From Burkholderiales bacterium (GTDB lineage: Bacteria; Pseudomonadota; Gammaproteobacteria; Burkholderiales; SG8-41): a stretch of 64,000 nucleotides of DNA. The first letter of the stretch is position 1. Each line of letters opens with the position of its first letter. The notes under the pieces are model-generated. The model did not search any database and was not told the DNA's origin. It saw only the letters and a program-made list of their open reading frames with translations. Positions 46,846 through 59,745 of this stretch are shown piece after piece. Where the stretch lies: the NCBI GenBank assembly GCA_036398235.1, contig DASWHI010000117.1:588-64587 (forward strand), given 5' to 3'. A program made the translations under genes and the position numbers.

Positions 46846-48164
46846 GCCAGCTCCCGCAGGACGGCACCGAGCGTTCCCGCGATCTCGTCGATTTGCTCCG
46901 GGCTGATGATGAGGGGGGGCGAGAGCGCGATGATGTCGCCCGTCACCCGGGTCATCACCCCTTTCGCGAAGCACTTGAGGAAGGCCTGATAGGCGCGCGC
47001 GCCCGGCTTCCCCGGCAGCGGCTCGAGCTCGATCCCGGCCATCAGGCCGAAATTGCGGATGTCGATCACCGGTCCCGCTCCTTTCAGGCTGTGCAGCGCC
47101 TGCTCGAAACGGGGCGCGCGCTCGCGCGCGCGCTCGAAGAGCTTTTCCTCGTGGTAGAGCGCAAGCGTCGCCTCGGCCGCGGCGGTGGCGAGGGGATGGC
47201 CCGAATAAGTGTAGCCGTGGGAGAACTCGACCGTATCGGGCGGCGCGCTGTTCACCACCGTCTCGTAGATCTCGCGGCGCACCACCACGCCGGCAAGCGG
47301 AACGGTGCCGCTCGTGACACCTTTGGCGAAGGTGATCATGTCCGGAGTCACACCAAAGGTCTGCGCGGCGAACGCCTGGCCGGTACGGCCGAAACCGGTG
47401 ATCACCTCGTCGAAAATGAGAAGCAGACCATGCTTGTCGCAGATCGCGCGCAGCCTCTCCAAGTAGCCTTTGGGGGGAACCAGCACGCCGGTGGAGCCCG
47501 CAACAGGCTCCACGATCACCGCTGCGATGTTGGAAGAATCATGCAGTGGAATGAGGCGCGTCTCGAGATCGTCGGCAAGATGCGCGCCCCACGCCGGCTG
47601 CCCGCGGCTGAAGGCATTGCGCTCGAGGTTGTGGGTGTGAGGCAGGTGATCGACGCGCGCGAGCATGTTTCCGAAGGCCTTGCGGGTGGCGGGAACGCCG
47701 CCGACCGAGATGCCCCCGAAGCCTACTCCGTGATATCCGCGCTCGCGGCCGATCAGCACGTTGCGGTGCCCCTCTCCGCGGGCGCGCTGGTAGGCGAGCG
47801 CCATCTTCAACGCAGTGTCGACCGCCTCGGAGCCTGAGTTCGCGAAAAAGACGTGGTCGAGCCCCGCGGGAGCCATCTGCGCGATCAGCGCCGCCGCGCG
47901 GAATTCTCCGGGATGCCCCATCTGGAAGAGGGGCGAGTAGTCGAGCGTTTCCGCCTGGCGGCGGATCGCTTCGACGATCTTCGGGCGGCAGTGTCCGGCG
48001 TTCACGCACCACAGGCCTGCCGTGCCGTCGAGTACCCGCTGGCCGCTCTCGGTCTGGTAATGCATGTCCCTGGCCGCTACCAAAATGCGGGGCGCGGCCT
48101 TGAACTGGCGGTTGGCGGTGAACGGCATCCAGAACGGCTCGAGGGGGTAGTCGCGTGGTGGCAT
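46842..48164 (-). CDS. class III (omega) aminotransferase, beta-alanine/omega-amino acid:pyruvate type
   Basis: An internal ATG at 48164 gives MPPRDYPLEPFWMPFTANRQFKAAPR, typical of this subfamily. DEVITGFGRTG PLP-region motif present. Confidence 0.8.
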   Translation of the reverse strand: MPPRDYPLEPFWMPFTANRQFKAAPRILVAARDMHYQTESGQRVLDGTAGLWCVNAGHCRPKIVEAIRRQAETLDYSPLFQMGHPGEFRAAALIAQMAPAGLDHVFFANSGSEAVDTALKMALAYQRARGEGHRNVLIGRERGYHGVGFGGISVGGVPATRKAFGNMLARVDHLPHTHNLERNAFSRGQPAWGAHLADDLETRLIPLHDSSNIAAVIVEPVAGSTGVLVPPKGYLERLRAICDKHGLLLIFDEVITGFGRTGQAFAAQTFGVTPDMITFAKGVTSGTVPLAGVVVRREIYETVVNSAPPDTVEFSHGYTYSGHPLATAAAEATLALYHEEKLFERARERAPRFEQALHSLKGAGPVIDIRNFGLMAGIELEPLPGKPGARAYQAFLKCFAKGVMTRVTGDIIALSPPLIISPEQIDEIAGTLGAVLRELA

Positions 48165-48235
48165 GGGTCGCGGGCAATGGCGGATGGACGATCTATTTTG
48201 CCAGCGTCGCCGGCCTTCAGCCATACTGCTATGCG

Positions 48236-49765
48236 ATGACGCAATTCACGCTGCGCGTGCTCGCGCTCCTGCTGCCGCCCGCGCTTTGCCTCGCCCAGCC
48301 GGTCGTCCACATCGGCTCGAAGCGCTTCACCGAGTCCTACATCCTGGGCGAGATCATGGCGCGCACTGTTGAGGCAGCGGGGGAGGCGCGCGCGCAGCAC
48401 CACCAGGGGCTCGGCAATACCGCGATTCTCTACTCCGCTCTGAGGAGCGGGGCGATACACGCTTACCCCGAGTACACCGGCACCATCGCTTTCGAGCTGC
48501 TCGGATTGCAGCGCGTGCCGGACCTCCCGGAGCTCAACCAGCTGCTCGCCCCGCACGGATTGGCGGCTGCGGTGCCGTTCGGTTTCAGCAATTCTTATGC
48601 TCTCGCCATGCGCGCGACGCGCGCCGAGGAGCTGGAAATCACGCGCCTTTCCGACCTGGCGCGGCACCCCACCCTCAAGCTCGCGCTGTCCCAGGAATTC
48701 CTCAACCGCCGCGACGGGTGGCCGGCGCTGCGGGCGGCTTACCGCTTCGCGTTCACGGACGTGCGGGGGCTTGATCACGGGCTCGCGTATGAAGCACTCG
48801 CGGCCGGGCAGGTCGACGTCGTCGACGCCTACACGACTGACGCCAAGATCCCGCGTTACCAGTTGCGGGTGCTGGAGGACGATCTCCGATTCTTCCCGGC
48901 GTACGATGCGCTGATACTCTACCGTCGCGATTTCGCGCAGCAATTTCCGCGATCGTGGGAGGCGCTGCGGCATCTGGCGGGCCGTATCAGCGTGGAGCGG
49001 ATGATCGAGCTGAACGCCGCGGTCGAGCTCAGGGGATTCTCGTTCGCGGCGGCCGCGAACGCGTTTCTCGAGACGTCATTCGCGGGCGCGCCGCAGGCAG
49101 CGGGCGGGCAGCGGTCATTTCTGGCCGCCTTGACCGGTCCCGACTTGTGGCGCCTCACGCTCGAGCACCTGGGGCTGGTCGCCGCGTCTCTCGCGCTAGG
49201 GGTGGCGATCGGCGTGCCGCTCGGGGTTTGCGCGGACCGGATGCCGCGCGCGCGCCACTGGATACTGGGCGCGGCAGGGGTGCTGCAGACCCTACCGGCT
49301 CTCGCGCTGCTCGCCTTCCTGATCGCCGCGCTCGACCGGATCGGAACGCTGCCTGCGATCATCGCGCTGTTTCTCTATTCGCTGCTGCCCATCGTGCGCA
49401 ACACGGAGTCGGGGCTCGGCGGCGTGCCCGGATCGCTGCGGCAATCCGCAATCGCCCTCGGGCTGACCGACTGGCCGCGCCTGCGGCTGATCGAGCTCCC
49501 GCTCGCGGCGCGGACGATACTTGCGGGAATCAAGATCGCCGCCGTCATCAACGTGGGAACCGCCACCATCGCGGCTTTCATCGGTGCCGGGGGCTATGGC
49601 GAGCGCATCGTGGCCGGGCTTGCGGTCAACGATCACGCATTGCTGCTGGCGGGAGCCGTGCCGGCCGCGGTGATGGCTCTTGCCGTCCAGTGGATCTTCG
49701 ACTTTTTGGAGCGCCGTTTCTTCTGGATGGGCCCTCCTCGCGGCCGGCGCGCAGGCCGTTCCTGA
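48236..49765 (+). CDS. fused glycine-betaine/osmoprotectant ABC transporter substrate-binding domain plus permease
   Basis: Signal peptide (MTQFTLRVLALLLPPALCLA), an OpuBC-like SBP (GSKRFTESYILGEI...YPEYTGT), then a multi-TM permease half. Confidence 0.75.
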   Translation: MTQFTLRVLALLLPPALCLAQPVVHIGSKRFTESYILGEIMARTVEAAGEARAQHHQGLGNTAILYSALRSGAIHAYPEYTGTIAFELLGLQRVPDLPELNQLLAPHGLAAAVPFGFSNSYALAMRATRAEELEITRLSDLARHPTLKLALSQEFLNRRDGWPALRAAYRFAFTDVRGLDHGLAYEALAAGQVDVVDAYTTDAKIPRYQLRVLEDDLRFFPAYDALILYRRDFAQQFPRSWEALRHLAGRISVERMIELNAAVELRGFSFAAAANAFLETSFAGAPQAAGGQRSFLAALTGPDLWRLTLEHLGLVAASLALGVAIGVPLGVCADRMPRARHWILGAAGVLQTLPALALLAFLIAALDRIGTLPAIIALFLYSLLPIVRNTESGLGGVPGSLRQSAIALGLTDWPRLRLIELPLAARTILAGIKIAAVINVGTATIAAFIGAGGYGERIVAGLAVNDHALLLAGAVPAAVMALAVQWIFDFLERRFFWMGPPRGRRAGRS

Positions 49766-49841
49766 GCCCCCAATCGGGCGGCAGGCCGGGGACGGGCGCA
49801 GGGGGTGCGGCACGGACGGGGGAGCGGGAATGGTTCTCACT

Positions 49842-49868
49842 GAACTAATTTTTAGCCGCCCTGTCAGT
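49842..49868 (+). promoter_or_regulatory. candidate sigma-E-type autoregulated promoter upstream of rpoE
   Basis: GAACTA-N16-TCAGT resembles the GAACTT-N16/17-TCnnA consensus of RpoE/AlgU promoters. It lies ~115 nt upstream of the rpoE ATG. Confidence 0.3.
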
Positions 49869-49982
49869 GGATTATCGATCGGCTTCGCGGCATCCGGACG
49901 CGGTCCGGGCGGGTATACTTGCCGTTCTGAATGGCGAGCCTGCCGCTCGTCTCGCATAACAAGAAGGCCAGGGACGGGTTTG

Positions 49983-50582
49983 ATGAGCGATCGCGAACTC
50001 GATCAGCAGCTGGTCGAGCGCGCGCAGCGCGGCGACAAGCATGCATTCGAGCTGCTGGTGAGCAAGTACCAGCGCAAGCTTGCCCGGCTGCTGTCACGCT
50101 TCATCCGCGACTCGACCGAGGTCGAGGACGTGACGCAGGAGGCCTTCATCAAGGCCTACCGGGCGCTGCCGAGTTTTCGCGGTGACAGCGCGTTCTATAC
50201 GTGGCTGTACCGGATCGGGATCAATACCGCCAAGAACTACCTGGTGGCGATGGGGCGGCGGGCGCCGACCACGACCGAGATCGACAGCGAGGAGGCTGAG
50301 GGCTTCGAGGAAGCGGAGCAGCTGCGCGATCTCAATACGCCCGAGAACGAGCTGATGAGCCGGCAGGTGGCGGAAACCGTGAACCAAACCCTCGCCGCGT
50401 TGCCAGAGGAGTTGAGGACTGCGATCACGCTGCGGGAAATCGAAGGGCTGAGCTACGAGGATATCGCAAATATAATGAATTGCCCGATCGGCACCGTCCG
50501 GTCGCGCATATTCCGGGCGCGCGAGGCAATCGCCGCGAGATTGAGGCCGCTGCTGGGCACCCGGAAGGACAGGAGATGGTGA
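49983..50582 (+). CDS. rpoE: RNA polymerase sigma-E (ECF) factor
   Basis: MSDRELDQQLVERAQRGDKHAFELLVSKYQRKL, with region 2 and region 4 sequence. Confidence 0.93.
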   Translation: MSDRELDQQLVERAQRGDKHAFELLVSKYQRKLARLLSRFIRDSTEVEDVTQEAFIKAYRALPSFRGDSAFYTWLYRIGINTAKNYLVAMGRRAPTTTEIDSEEAEGFEEAEQLRDLNTPENELMSRQVAETVNQTLAALPEELRTAITLREIEGLSYEDIANIMNCPIGTVRSRIFRAREAIAARLRPLLGTRKDRRW

Positions 50583-50583
50583 G

Positions 50584-51105
50584 ATGAACAGGGTCTCGGA
50601 ATGGATGGATGGCGAGCTGCCGGCGCACGAAACGCGCCTGCAGATCGACCGCGTCAAGCAGGACATGGAGCTGCGTCAGTGCTGGGACACCTTTCATCTG
50701 ATCGGCGATGTGCTGCGGGGCGAGCACGCCCTGTCGCAGGATTTCGAGCGCCGCCTGGCCAGCCGGCTCGCCGGCGAGCCGACCGTGGTGGCGCCGCGGC
50801 CCCCGGCGGTCAGGCGCTTCGCGACCTACGCGCTCTCGGCCGCGGCTTCCCTCTCCGCGATTGCGGTGGTCGGATGGCTGGCATTTTTCGACAATCCCAT
50901 TCTCCCCCACGAAGTCGCCCAGCCGCAGATCGCCCCTCCGCCCGCAGCAATCCCCGCCGAGCCGCAGCTTGCCAGCGTTCCCAGCGACGGCACGATGAAC
51001 GAGTATCTCATCGCGCATCAGGAATTCTCGCCAAGCACCGAGTTCCAGGGCCTGGCTCCCTATATCCGCGGTGTATCGAGCTCCCGACAGGTCAAGGATC
51101 GCTAG
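50584..51105 (+). CDS. rseA: anti-sigma-E factor (RseA/MucA family)
   Basis: MDGEL...W..FHLIGDVLRGE N-terminal anti-sigma domain, a central TM segment, and a position immediately after rpoE. Confidence 0.8.
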   Translation: MNRVSEWMDGELPAHETRLQIDRVKQDMELRQCWDTFHLIGDVLRGEHALSQDFERRLASRLAGEPTVVAPRPPAVRRFATYALSAAASLSAIAVVGWLAFFDNPILPHEVAQPQIAPPPAAIPAEPQLASVPSDGTMNEYLIAHQEFSPSTEFQGLAPYIRGVSSSRQVKDR

Positions 51106-51206
51106 TGCCGCTCCCTTGTTGGCGTAATCTGCCGCGCAGGGCCGGGCTTGCCGCTGGGAATGGGGCAGCCGGACGCTATTCCCGTCAGGCCGGAGCGCTC
51201 CGGGGC

Positions 51207-52175
51207 ATGAAGACCGCGAGGCTCATTGTTCTCCTGGTATTCGCGAGCCCGGTTCCCGCTGCGGAGCTGGACGGGACAGGCTGGCTCAGCAAGATGGCCA
51301 ACGCGTCGCGGCGGCTCAATTACAGCGGCGTGTTCGTCTACCAGCATGCCGACCGCATCGAGACCTCCCGCATCGTACATTTCGTCAACCCCGCCGGCGG
51401 CGAGTTCGAGAAGCTGGAGACCCTCGACGGGCCGGTGCGCGAGGTGATCCGCACCAACGACCAGGTGAGCTGCTACCTTCCCGACACGAAGACCGTGATC
51501 GTGGAGCCGCGCAGCGCGCGCCGGTTTCCGGCGCTCCTGCCGGAGCAGCTGAGCGGGGTCTCCGAAAATTACGAAGTGACCGTCGCCGGCCGGGACCGCG
51601 TGGCGGGACTCGAGTGCCAGGTGATCGTGCTCGCGCCGCGCGACCGGCTGCGTTACGGCCACCAGTTCTGTGCCGAGGCCGTCTCCGGGCTCCCGTTACG
51701 CGCGCGCACCTTCAACGAGAAGAATCAGCCGCTCGAATCGTTCGCCTTTACCGAGGTGAAGCTGGGCGGGCGCTTTTCGCGCGACCAGGTGCGATCGCGC
51801 TACGCGGCGAAAAGCCGGACCTGGAAGGTCGATCAATCGTCGCTGGTGTTGAGCGATGTGCCAGCCGATACCGGATGGACGTTGACGCGCCAGCCAGCCG
51901 GATTCAGGAAGCTGACCGAATTGAAGCGCTCCATCGCCGGACGCGCCGCGATGGTGTCCCACATCGTGTATTCCGACGGGCTTGCCGCGATTTCGGTTTT
52001 CATCGAGCCGCTGCCCAAGACCCGGCCCGTCAAAAGCCTCTCCCACCAGGGGGCGGTCAACATTTACGTCCGCCCGGTGGCGGATCACCTGGTCACGGTG
52101 CTCGGGGAAACGCCCGCCGCGACGGTGATGCAGGTCGCCAATTCCCTCGAATTAAGGAGCGGGCACACCCGGTAG
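51207..52175 (+). CDS. rseB: sigma-E regulatory protein RseB/MucB
   Basis: Signal peptide, then WLSKMANASRRLNYSGVFVYQH, typical of the MucB/RseB N-terminus. Confidence 0.85.
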   Translation: MKTARLIVLLVFASPVPAAELDGTGWLSKMANASRRLNYSGVFVYQHADRIETSRIVHFVNPAGGEFEKLETLDGPVREVIRTNDQVSCYLPDTKTVIVEPRSARRFPALLPEQLSGVSENYEVTVAGRDRVAGLECQVIVLAPRDRLRYGHQFCAEAVSGLPLRARTFNEKNQPLESFAFTEVKLGGRFSRDQVRSRYAAKSRTWKVDQSSLVLSDVPADTGWTLTRQPAGFRKLTELKRSIAGRAAMVSHIVYSDGLAAISVFIEPLPKTRPVKSLSHQGAVNIYVRPVADHLVTVLGETPAATVMQVANSLELRSGHTR

Positions 52176-52239
52176 CGTCGTGCCGCGGCTTCCGGCCGCG
52201 GCTATTCCAGGAAACTTTCCAGGACTGTCGAGTTTGAAT

Positions 52240-53625
52240 ATGCTCAAGCGCCTAGTTCTCGTGCTGCTCCTTATCGCGGCGCCGGTTGCAGCTGCGGCGC
52301 AGCTGCCCGATTTCACCGAGCTGGTCGAGAAGCAGGGCCCGGCGGTGGTGAACATCAGCACGACGCAGTCGGCGCGCAATCCCCTGCTGCCGCAGGCGCC
52401 GAACCTGCCGGAGGACGATCCGTTCTACGAATTCTTCCGGCGCTTCATCCCTCAGCCGGGGCCACGCGAGTTCCAGCCGCAGTCGCTGGGGTCGGGCTTC
52501 ATTATCAGCCAGGACGGCTACATCCTCACCAATGCCCACGTGGTCGAGACCGCCGACGAGATCAACGTGAAGTTGACCGACAAGCGCGAGTTCAAGGCCA
52601 AGGTCATAGGCGCCGATCGCCGCACGGATGTCGCCCTCATCAAGATCGAGGCGAGCGGGCTGCCCGCGGTCCGTTTCGGAGATCCGGGCAAGCTGCGCGT
52701 CGGGGAGTGGGTGCTGGCGATCGGCTCGCCCTTCGGCTTCGAGAATACGGTGACGGCCGGCATCGTCAGCGCCAAGGGGCGCTCGCTGCCGCAGGAGAAC
52801 TACGTTCCCTTCATACAGACCGATGTGGCCGTCAATCCCGGCAACTCGGGCGGGCCGCTGTTCAACCTGCGCGGGGAGGTGGTCGGCATCAACTCGCAGA
52901 TCTACAGCAAGAGCGGCGGCTTCATGGGCTTGTCGTTTGCAATACCGATCGACGTTGCCAACGACATCGCCAGGCAGTTGCGCACGACCGGCAAGGTGAC
53001 GCGGGGACGCATCGGCGTCGTGATCCAGCCGCTCACCAAGGAGCTCGCCGACGGCTTCGGGCTCGCGCGGCCGCAAGGCGCGCTGGTGAATTCGGTCGAG
53101 AAAGGCGGGCCGGCCGACAAGGCGGGTGTCGAGCCCGGCGACGTCATCGTGCGCTTCGACGGCAAGGCGGTGGCGTCCTCGGAGGACCTGCCGCGGATCG
53201 TCGGCGCGACGCGGCCGGGCGCCAAGGTGACGATGCAGGTGTGGCGCAACAAGGAGACGCGTGACATGCAGGTGGTTGTGGCGGAGATACAGGACGACCG
53301 CGCAACGCGGCAGTCGCGGCGCGGCGGCAAGCCGCCGGCCGTGCTGCCGAGCCAGTACGGGCTGGCGCTGTCCGACCTGACCGATGCCCAACGCGAGGAG
53401 CTCAAGGTTACCGGCGGAGTCCTGGTCGAGAACGTGAAGGGCGCGGGCCAGCGCGCCGGCGTGCGCCGCGGCGACGTCATCCTCGCCATCAACAACCAGG
53501 ACGTGAAGTCGGTCGAGCAGTTCAACCAGATGATGGGCCGGTTCGACAAGGGGAGCATCGTTGCGCTGCTGGTGCGTCGCGGGTCCAATTCCCTCTACAT
53601 CCCGATGCGGGTGGATGCCGGCTAA
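52240..53625 (+). CDS. degP: Do/DegP/MucD-family periplasmic serine endoprotease with two PDZ domains
   Basis: Signal peptide, catalytic TNAHV, D(V)ALIK, and GNSGGPL, plus two PDZ regions. Confidence 0.92.
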   Translation: MLKRLVLVLLLIAAPVAAAAQLPDFTELVEKQGPAVVNISTTQSARNPLLPQAPNLPEDDPFYEFFRRFIPQPGPREFQPQSLGSGFIISQDGYILTNAHVVETADEINVKLTDKREFKAKVIGADRRTDVALIKIEASGLPAVRFGDPGKLRVGEWVLAIGSPFGFENTVTAGIVSAKGRSLPQENYVPFIQTDVAVNPGNSGGPLFNLRGEVVGINSQIYSKSGGFMGLSFAIPIDVANDIARQLRTTGKVTRGRIGVVIQPLTKELADGFGLARPQGALVNSVEKGGPADKAGVEPGDVIVRFDGKAVASSEDLPRIVGATRPGAKVTMQVWRNKETRDMQVVVAEIQDDRATRQSRRGGKPPAVLPSQYGLALSDLTDAQREELKVTGGVLVENVKGAGQRAGVRRGDVILAINNQDVKSVEQFNQMMGRFDKGSIVALLVRRGSNSLYIPMRVDAG

Positions 53626-53626
53626 A

Positions 53627-53651
53627 AGAGCCTATCTCAATGATAGGCTCT
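53627..53651 (+). terminator. stem-loop after degP (weak terminator; no clear T-tract)
   Basis: agagcctatc-tcaatg-ataggctct. Confidence 0.35.
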
Positions 53652-53708
53652 AGTTCCGATCTCGGATAAAATACGCGGCTTTGGGGGCACTGACCGGTGC
53701 CCTTTTCG

Positions 53709-55495
<1,787 letters not shown>

Positions 55496-55499
<4 letters not shown>

Positions 55500-56299
55500 A
55501 TTTCGCGCTGATCCTGTTCCTGCTGCTCGTCGCGACGGGGGCGGTATGGGCGCTCGACCGCTGGTGGCTGCGCCAGCGGCGCCCCGCGGGCCGGGCCGAG
55601 CCGTGGTGGGTGGAGTATCCGAAGAGCTTCTTCCCGGTGATCCTCGTGGTGTTCCTGCTGCGCTCGTTCCTGGTGGAGCCGTTCAAGATACCCTCGGGAT
55701 CGATGCTGCCGACGCTGCTGGTGGGCGACTTCATACTGGTCAACAAGTTCACCTACGGGATCCGATTGCCGATCATCAACGTGAAGGTCGCCGACCTCAA
55801 CGCGCCGCGGCGCGGGGAGGTCATGGTATTCCGCTACCCGGAGAACCCGGCGCTCGATTACATCAAGCGCGTCGTCGGCCTGCCGGGCGACCGCATTTCC
55901 TACCGCAACAAGCGGCTGTCGATCAACGGCGAGGAGATCCGGATCAAGACCGATGGCGAGTATCACTACATCGAGTCCGGCAATAACTTTATCGCGGCGC
56001 AGCGCCTGACCGAGACGCTGGGAGAGCACCAGCACGCGGTGCTGCTTCAAGCGGAAATTCCCGGCGTGCACCTGTCGGGTGTGCGGCTCTTTCCCTTCCG
56101 CGAAAATTGCGCCTACAATGAGGCGGGCTTCAGCTGCACCGTGCCGCCCGGTCACTATTTCCTGATGGGAGACAACCGGGACAGCAGCAGTGACAGCCGC
56201 TACTGGGGATTCGTGCCCGAGTCGCATATCGTCGGCAAGGCGTTCCTGATCTGGTGGAATTTCGACGACTTCAAGCGCATCGGACAGCTCATCAATTGA
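55496..56299 (+). CDS. lepB: signal peptidase I
   Basis: The ATG overlaps the lepA stop (ATGA). [31 protein letters not shown], and [17 protein letters not shown] motifs. Confidence 0.95.
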
Positions 56300-56311
56300 G
56301 AAGGACGGATC

Positions 56312-56668
56312 ATGCGTAGACAGAAAGGCGTCACCCTGTCGGGCTTCCTGATGTGGTCGGTGGTGGCGGTGTTCGCCGCGCTGCTGTTGTTCAAGATCGG
56401 CCCGCCCTATATGGAGTTCCTGACGATTCAGGCCAATTTGAAGGCCGTCGCCAACGATCCGGAAGGGCGCTCTGGCGTGCGCCGCGTCGTGGAGGACCTG
56501 TTCGACCGGCGTTCGGCGATCGAGAACATCAGCGCGGTGAAGGCCAGGGACATCATCATCACCAAGTCCGGCGATGGCGTGGTGCTGAGCTTCGAGTACA
56601 CGGTGTGCGTGCCGATCGTGTTCAACATCCGCGCCTGCATGGATTACCAACCGACGTCGAGCAAATAG
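56312..56668 (+). CDS. DUF4845-family small membrane-anchored protein
   Basis: 118 aa with an N-terminal TM segment. It occupies the conserved lepB-rnc slot, where I recall this family usually sits. Confidence 0.6.
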   Translation: MRRQKGVTLSGFLMWSVVAVFAALLLFKIGPPYMEFLTIQANLKAVANDPEGRSGVRRVVEDLFDRRSAIENISAVKARDIIITKSGDGVVLSFEYTVCVPIVFNIRACMDYQPTSSK

Positions 56669-56695
56669 GGCCGGTATGGCGCGACTTGCCGTCTG

Positions 56696-57367
56696 ATGGA
56701 ACCGGGAGAGCTCGATCTCGGCATCGGTCATCGCTTCTCCGACCCGGAACTGCTGCGCCGGGCACTGACCCACCGCAGCTACGGTCCCGCTCACAACGAG
56801 CGCCTGGAGTATCTCGGCGACAGCGTGCTCAACTGCGTGGTGGCGCTCGAGCTGTATCACAAGTTCCCCAGCCTTCCCGAGGGCGAGCTGTCGCGGCTGC
56901 GCGCGAACCTCGTCAACCAGCAGTCGCTTGCCGCCAGCGCGCAGCAATTCGGCTTCGGCGCGCGGCTGCGGCTGGGCGAAGGCGAGCTGAAAAGCGGCGG
57001 GGCGCGACGCCCCTCCATACTCGCCGATGCGGCGGAGGCGGTGGTCGGTGCGGCATTCCTGGACGGCGGCTTCACAGCAGCGCGCAATGTGGTGCGCGTC
57101 CTGCTGGGCGGCGCCATCGATGCCATCGACCCCGCGCTCTCGGGGAAGGACCCCAAGACCCTGCTGCAGGAATACCTGCAGGGGCGGAAGCTCGCGCTGC
57201 CGCAGTACGCGGTGGTGGCGACGCGCGGCGAGGCGCACGAGCAGCAGTTTCAGGTCGAGTGCGTCATCCACGAGCTCGGGATCCGCTCGTTGGGGGAGGG
57301 CGCAAGCCGGCGCAGCGCCGAGCAGGAGGCGGCGCGGCAGGCCTATGAGCTTGCAAACCGCGCCTGA
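56696..57367 (+). CDS. rnc: ribonuclease III
   Basis: [23 protein letters not shown] signature, and a C-terminal dsRBD. Confidence 0.95.
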   Translation: MEPGELDLGIGHRFSDPELLRRALTHRSYGPAHNERLEYLGDSVLNCVVALELYHKFPSLPEGELSRLRANLVNQQSLAASAQQFGFGARLRLGEGELKSGGARRPSILADAAEAVVGAAFLDGGFTAARNVVRVLLGGAIDAIDPALSGKDPKTLLQEYLQGRKLALPQYAVVATRGEAHEQQFQVECVIHELGIRSLGEGASRRSAEQEAARQAYELANRA

Positions 57368-58259
57368 AGCCGGAGCGGCGCACCGTGCCGGCCGCGTCGC
57401 GCTGGTGGGACGGCCCAACGTCGGCAAGTCGACGCTGTTGAACCGCCTGGTCGGCTGCAAGCTGAGCATCACTTCCGGCCGCCCGCAGACGACGCGCCAG
57501 CGCGTGACCGGCATCGTCACGCGGCCGGACGCGCAGATCGTGTTCGTCGACACGCCGGGCTACCAGACGGAGCATCGGTCCGCCCTGAACAGCGCCATGA
57601 ACCGCGGCGTGGCGGCCGGGCTGCAGGACGTCGACGCCGTCGTATGGCTGGTGGAAGCCCTGCAATACGGCGAGCGCGACGCGGCCATCGCCGCGCTGCT
57701 GGCCCGCATCCCCAAGGTGATCCTCGCGATCAACAAGACGGACAGCATCAGGGACAGGAAGCGCCTGCTTCCGTTCATCGCCCGGCTTTCAGAGCTGCGC
57801 GCGTTCGAGGCGATCATCCCGATTTCGGCGGAGAAGGGCTGGCAAGTGAACGAGTTGCTGGATGCGATCGTCGCGCTGCTGCCCGAAGGGCCGCCGGTGC
57901 ACGGAGCGGATGACATCACTACCGTCAACGAGAGATTCCTGGCGGCGGAGCTGCTGCGGGAGAAGCTGTTTCGGCTCCTCGGCGAGGAACTGCCGTACGC
58001 CTCGACCGTCGAGATCGACCGCTTCCGGGAGGAGGGAGGTCTGCGCACCATCCATGCCTCGATCGTGGTCGACAAGGAAAGCCAGAAAGCCATCGTAATC
58101 GGCAAGGGCGGCAAGCAGCTGAAAACGATCGCCTCGCAGGCGCGCCGGGACATGGAGCGGCTGTTCGGCGGCAAGGTGTTCCTCGAGGTCTGGGTCAAGG
58201 TGAACCGCGGCTGGGCGGGAAGCGCGGCCGCGCTCAGGCGCATGGGGTTCGATAACTGA
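57345..58259 (+). CDS. era: GTPase Era
   Basis: [16 protein letters not shown], and NKTD motifs, and a KH domain. Overlaps rnc by 23 nt. Confidence 0.95.
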   Translation: MSLQTAPEAGAAHRAGRVALVGRPNVGKSTLLNRLVGCKLSITSGRPQTTRQRVTGIVTRPDAQIVFVDTPGYQTEHRSALNSAMNRGVAAGLQDVDAVVWLVEALQYGERDAAIAALLARIPKVILAINKTDSIRDRKRLLPFIARLSELRAFEAIIPISAEKGWQVNELLDAIVALLPEGPPVHGADDITTVNERFLAAELLREKLFRLLGEELPYASTVEIDRFREEGGLRTIHASIVVDKESQKAIVIGKGGKQLKTIASQARRDMERLFGGKVFLEVWVKVNRGWAGSAAALRRMGFDN

Positions 58260-58297
58260 GGGATGAGGGCCTTTCAACGTTGCTCAGGACAGGCGAA

Positions 58298-59020
58298 ATG
58301 AGCGAGAAGCTCCGGCGCGACGCGCAACCCGCTTTCGTGCTGCACAGCTACGCGTACCGCGAGACCAGCCTGATCGTGGAGACCTACGCGCGCGACCACG
58401 GGCGGGTGGCGCTGGTGGCACGCGGTGCGCGGAGGCCGAAGTCGGCGGTGCGCGGGGTCCTGCTCTCGTTCCAGCCGCTGCTCCTGTCATGGAGCGGCCG
58501 CGGCGAGCTGCGCACGCTGACGCGCGCCGAGTGGCGGGGCGCCTACTGCCCGCTCAAGGGCGAGGCGCTGATCTGCGGGTTCTATCTCAATGAGCTGCTG
58601 CTGAAGCTCCTTCCGCGCGACGATCCGCACGAGCAGTTGTTCCAGGTCTATGAGGAAACGCTTGCTGCGCTCGCGGACGACGGCGAGCGCCCGGCGGTGC
58701 TGCGGCGATTCGAGATGTGCCTGCTGCGCGAGCTCGGCTACGCGGTCATACTCGATCGCGACGTCGAGCGCGGCGAGCCGGTGATGCGCGAGGAGAGCTA
58801 CGTCTACGTCGTCGAGCGCGGCCCGGTCGGTGCGGCGGGCGCCCCGCGGAACGGGGTAGAATTGTCGGGCCAGACACTGCTCGACATGCAGTCCGGCGTT
58901 TTCACCAGCGCGGCGACACAGCAAGAGAGCAAGCTCTTGATGCGGACGCTGATCAACCACTGCCTCGGCAACCAGGTCCTGCACACCCGCCAGCTGCTGC
59001 GCGACCTGCAAGATCTGTGA
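58298..59020 (+). CDS. recO: DNA repair protein RecO
   Basis: [40 protein letters not shown]-terminal OB-fold pattern. Confidence 0.9.
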   Translation: MSEKLRRDAQPAFVLHSYAYRETSLIVETYARDHGRVALVARGARRPKSAVRGVLLSFQPLLLSWSGRGELRTLTRAEWRGAYCPLKGEALICGFYLNELLLKLLPRDDPHEQLFQVYEETLAALADDGERPAVLRRFEMCLLRELGYAVILDRDVERGEPVMREESYVYVVERGPVGAAGAPRNGVELSGQTLLDMQSGVFTSAATQQESKLLMRTLINHCLGNQVLHTRQLLRDLQDL

Positions 59021-59745
59021 AAAAGATACTGCTCGGCGTCAATATCGACCACGTCGCTACCTTGCGGCAGGCGCGGGGCACGGAATATCCGAGCCCCCTG
59101 GATGCGGCGCGCGCCGCCGAGGACGCGGGGGCCGATTACATCACGCTCCACCTGCGCGAGGACCGCAGGCACATCCAGGACCGCGACGTCGTCGCCTTGC
59201 GCAAGGCCCTGCGGACGCGGATGAACCTGGAAGCGGCGGTGACGCCGGAGATGATCGCGTTCGCCAGGCGCGTGCGCCCGCAGGATGTCTGCCTGGTGCC
59301 GGAGCGGCGCGCCGAGCTCACCACCGAAGGCGGACTGGACGTGGCGGGCGCATTGAGGCGCGTCGGGCGGGCGTGCCGGGAGCTCGCTGCGGCGGGCATC
59401 CGAGTATCGCTGTTCATCGATGCCGACCGCCGCCAGGTCGACGCCGCGTTGAGAACGGGTGCGCCTGTGATCGAGCTCCATACCGGGGGTTATGCCGGAG
59501 CCGGCGGTGCGGCACGAAAGCGGCGGGAGCTCGCGAGAATTCGCGCTGCCGCGGAATATGCTGCGGGAAAGGGCCTGCGCGTGAACGCCGGACACGGGCT
59601 CAATTACGACAATGTCAAGCCGATTGCCGCGATTGCACAGATCGGCGAGCTCAACATCGGCCACGCCATCGTTGCCAGGGCTGTATTCGTGGGCATGGGG
59701 CAGGCCGTGCGCGAGATGAAGGCGCAGCTCGAGTCCGCGCGATGA
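59017..59745 (+). CDS. pdxJ: pyridoxine 5'-phosphate synthase
   Basis: The GTG overlaps the recO stop. [28 protein letters not shown], and NAGHGLNY motifs. Confidence 0.93.
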   Translation: MKKILLGVNIDHVATLRQARGTEYPSPLDAARAAEDAGADYITLHLREDRRHIQDRDVVALRKALRTRMNLEAAVTPEMIAFARRVRPQDVCLVPERRAELTTEGGLDVAGALRRVGRACRELAAAGIRVSLFIDADRRQVDAALRTGAPVIELHTGGYAGAGGAARKRRELARIRAAAEYAAGKGLRVNAGHGLNYDNVKPIAAIAQIGELNIGHAIVARAVFVGMGQAVREMKAQLESAR

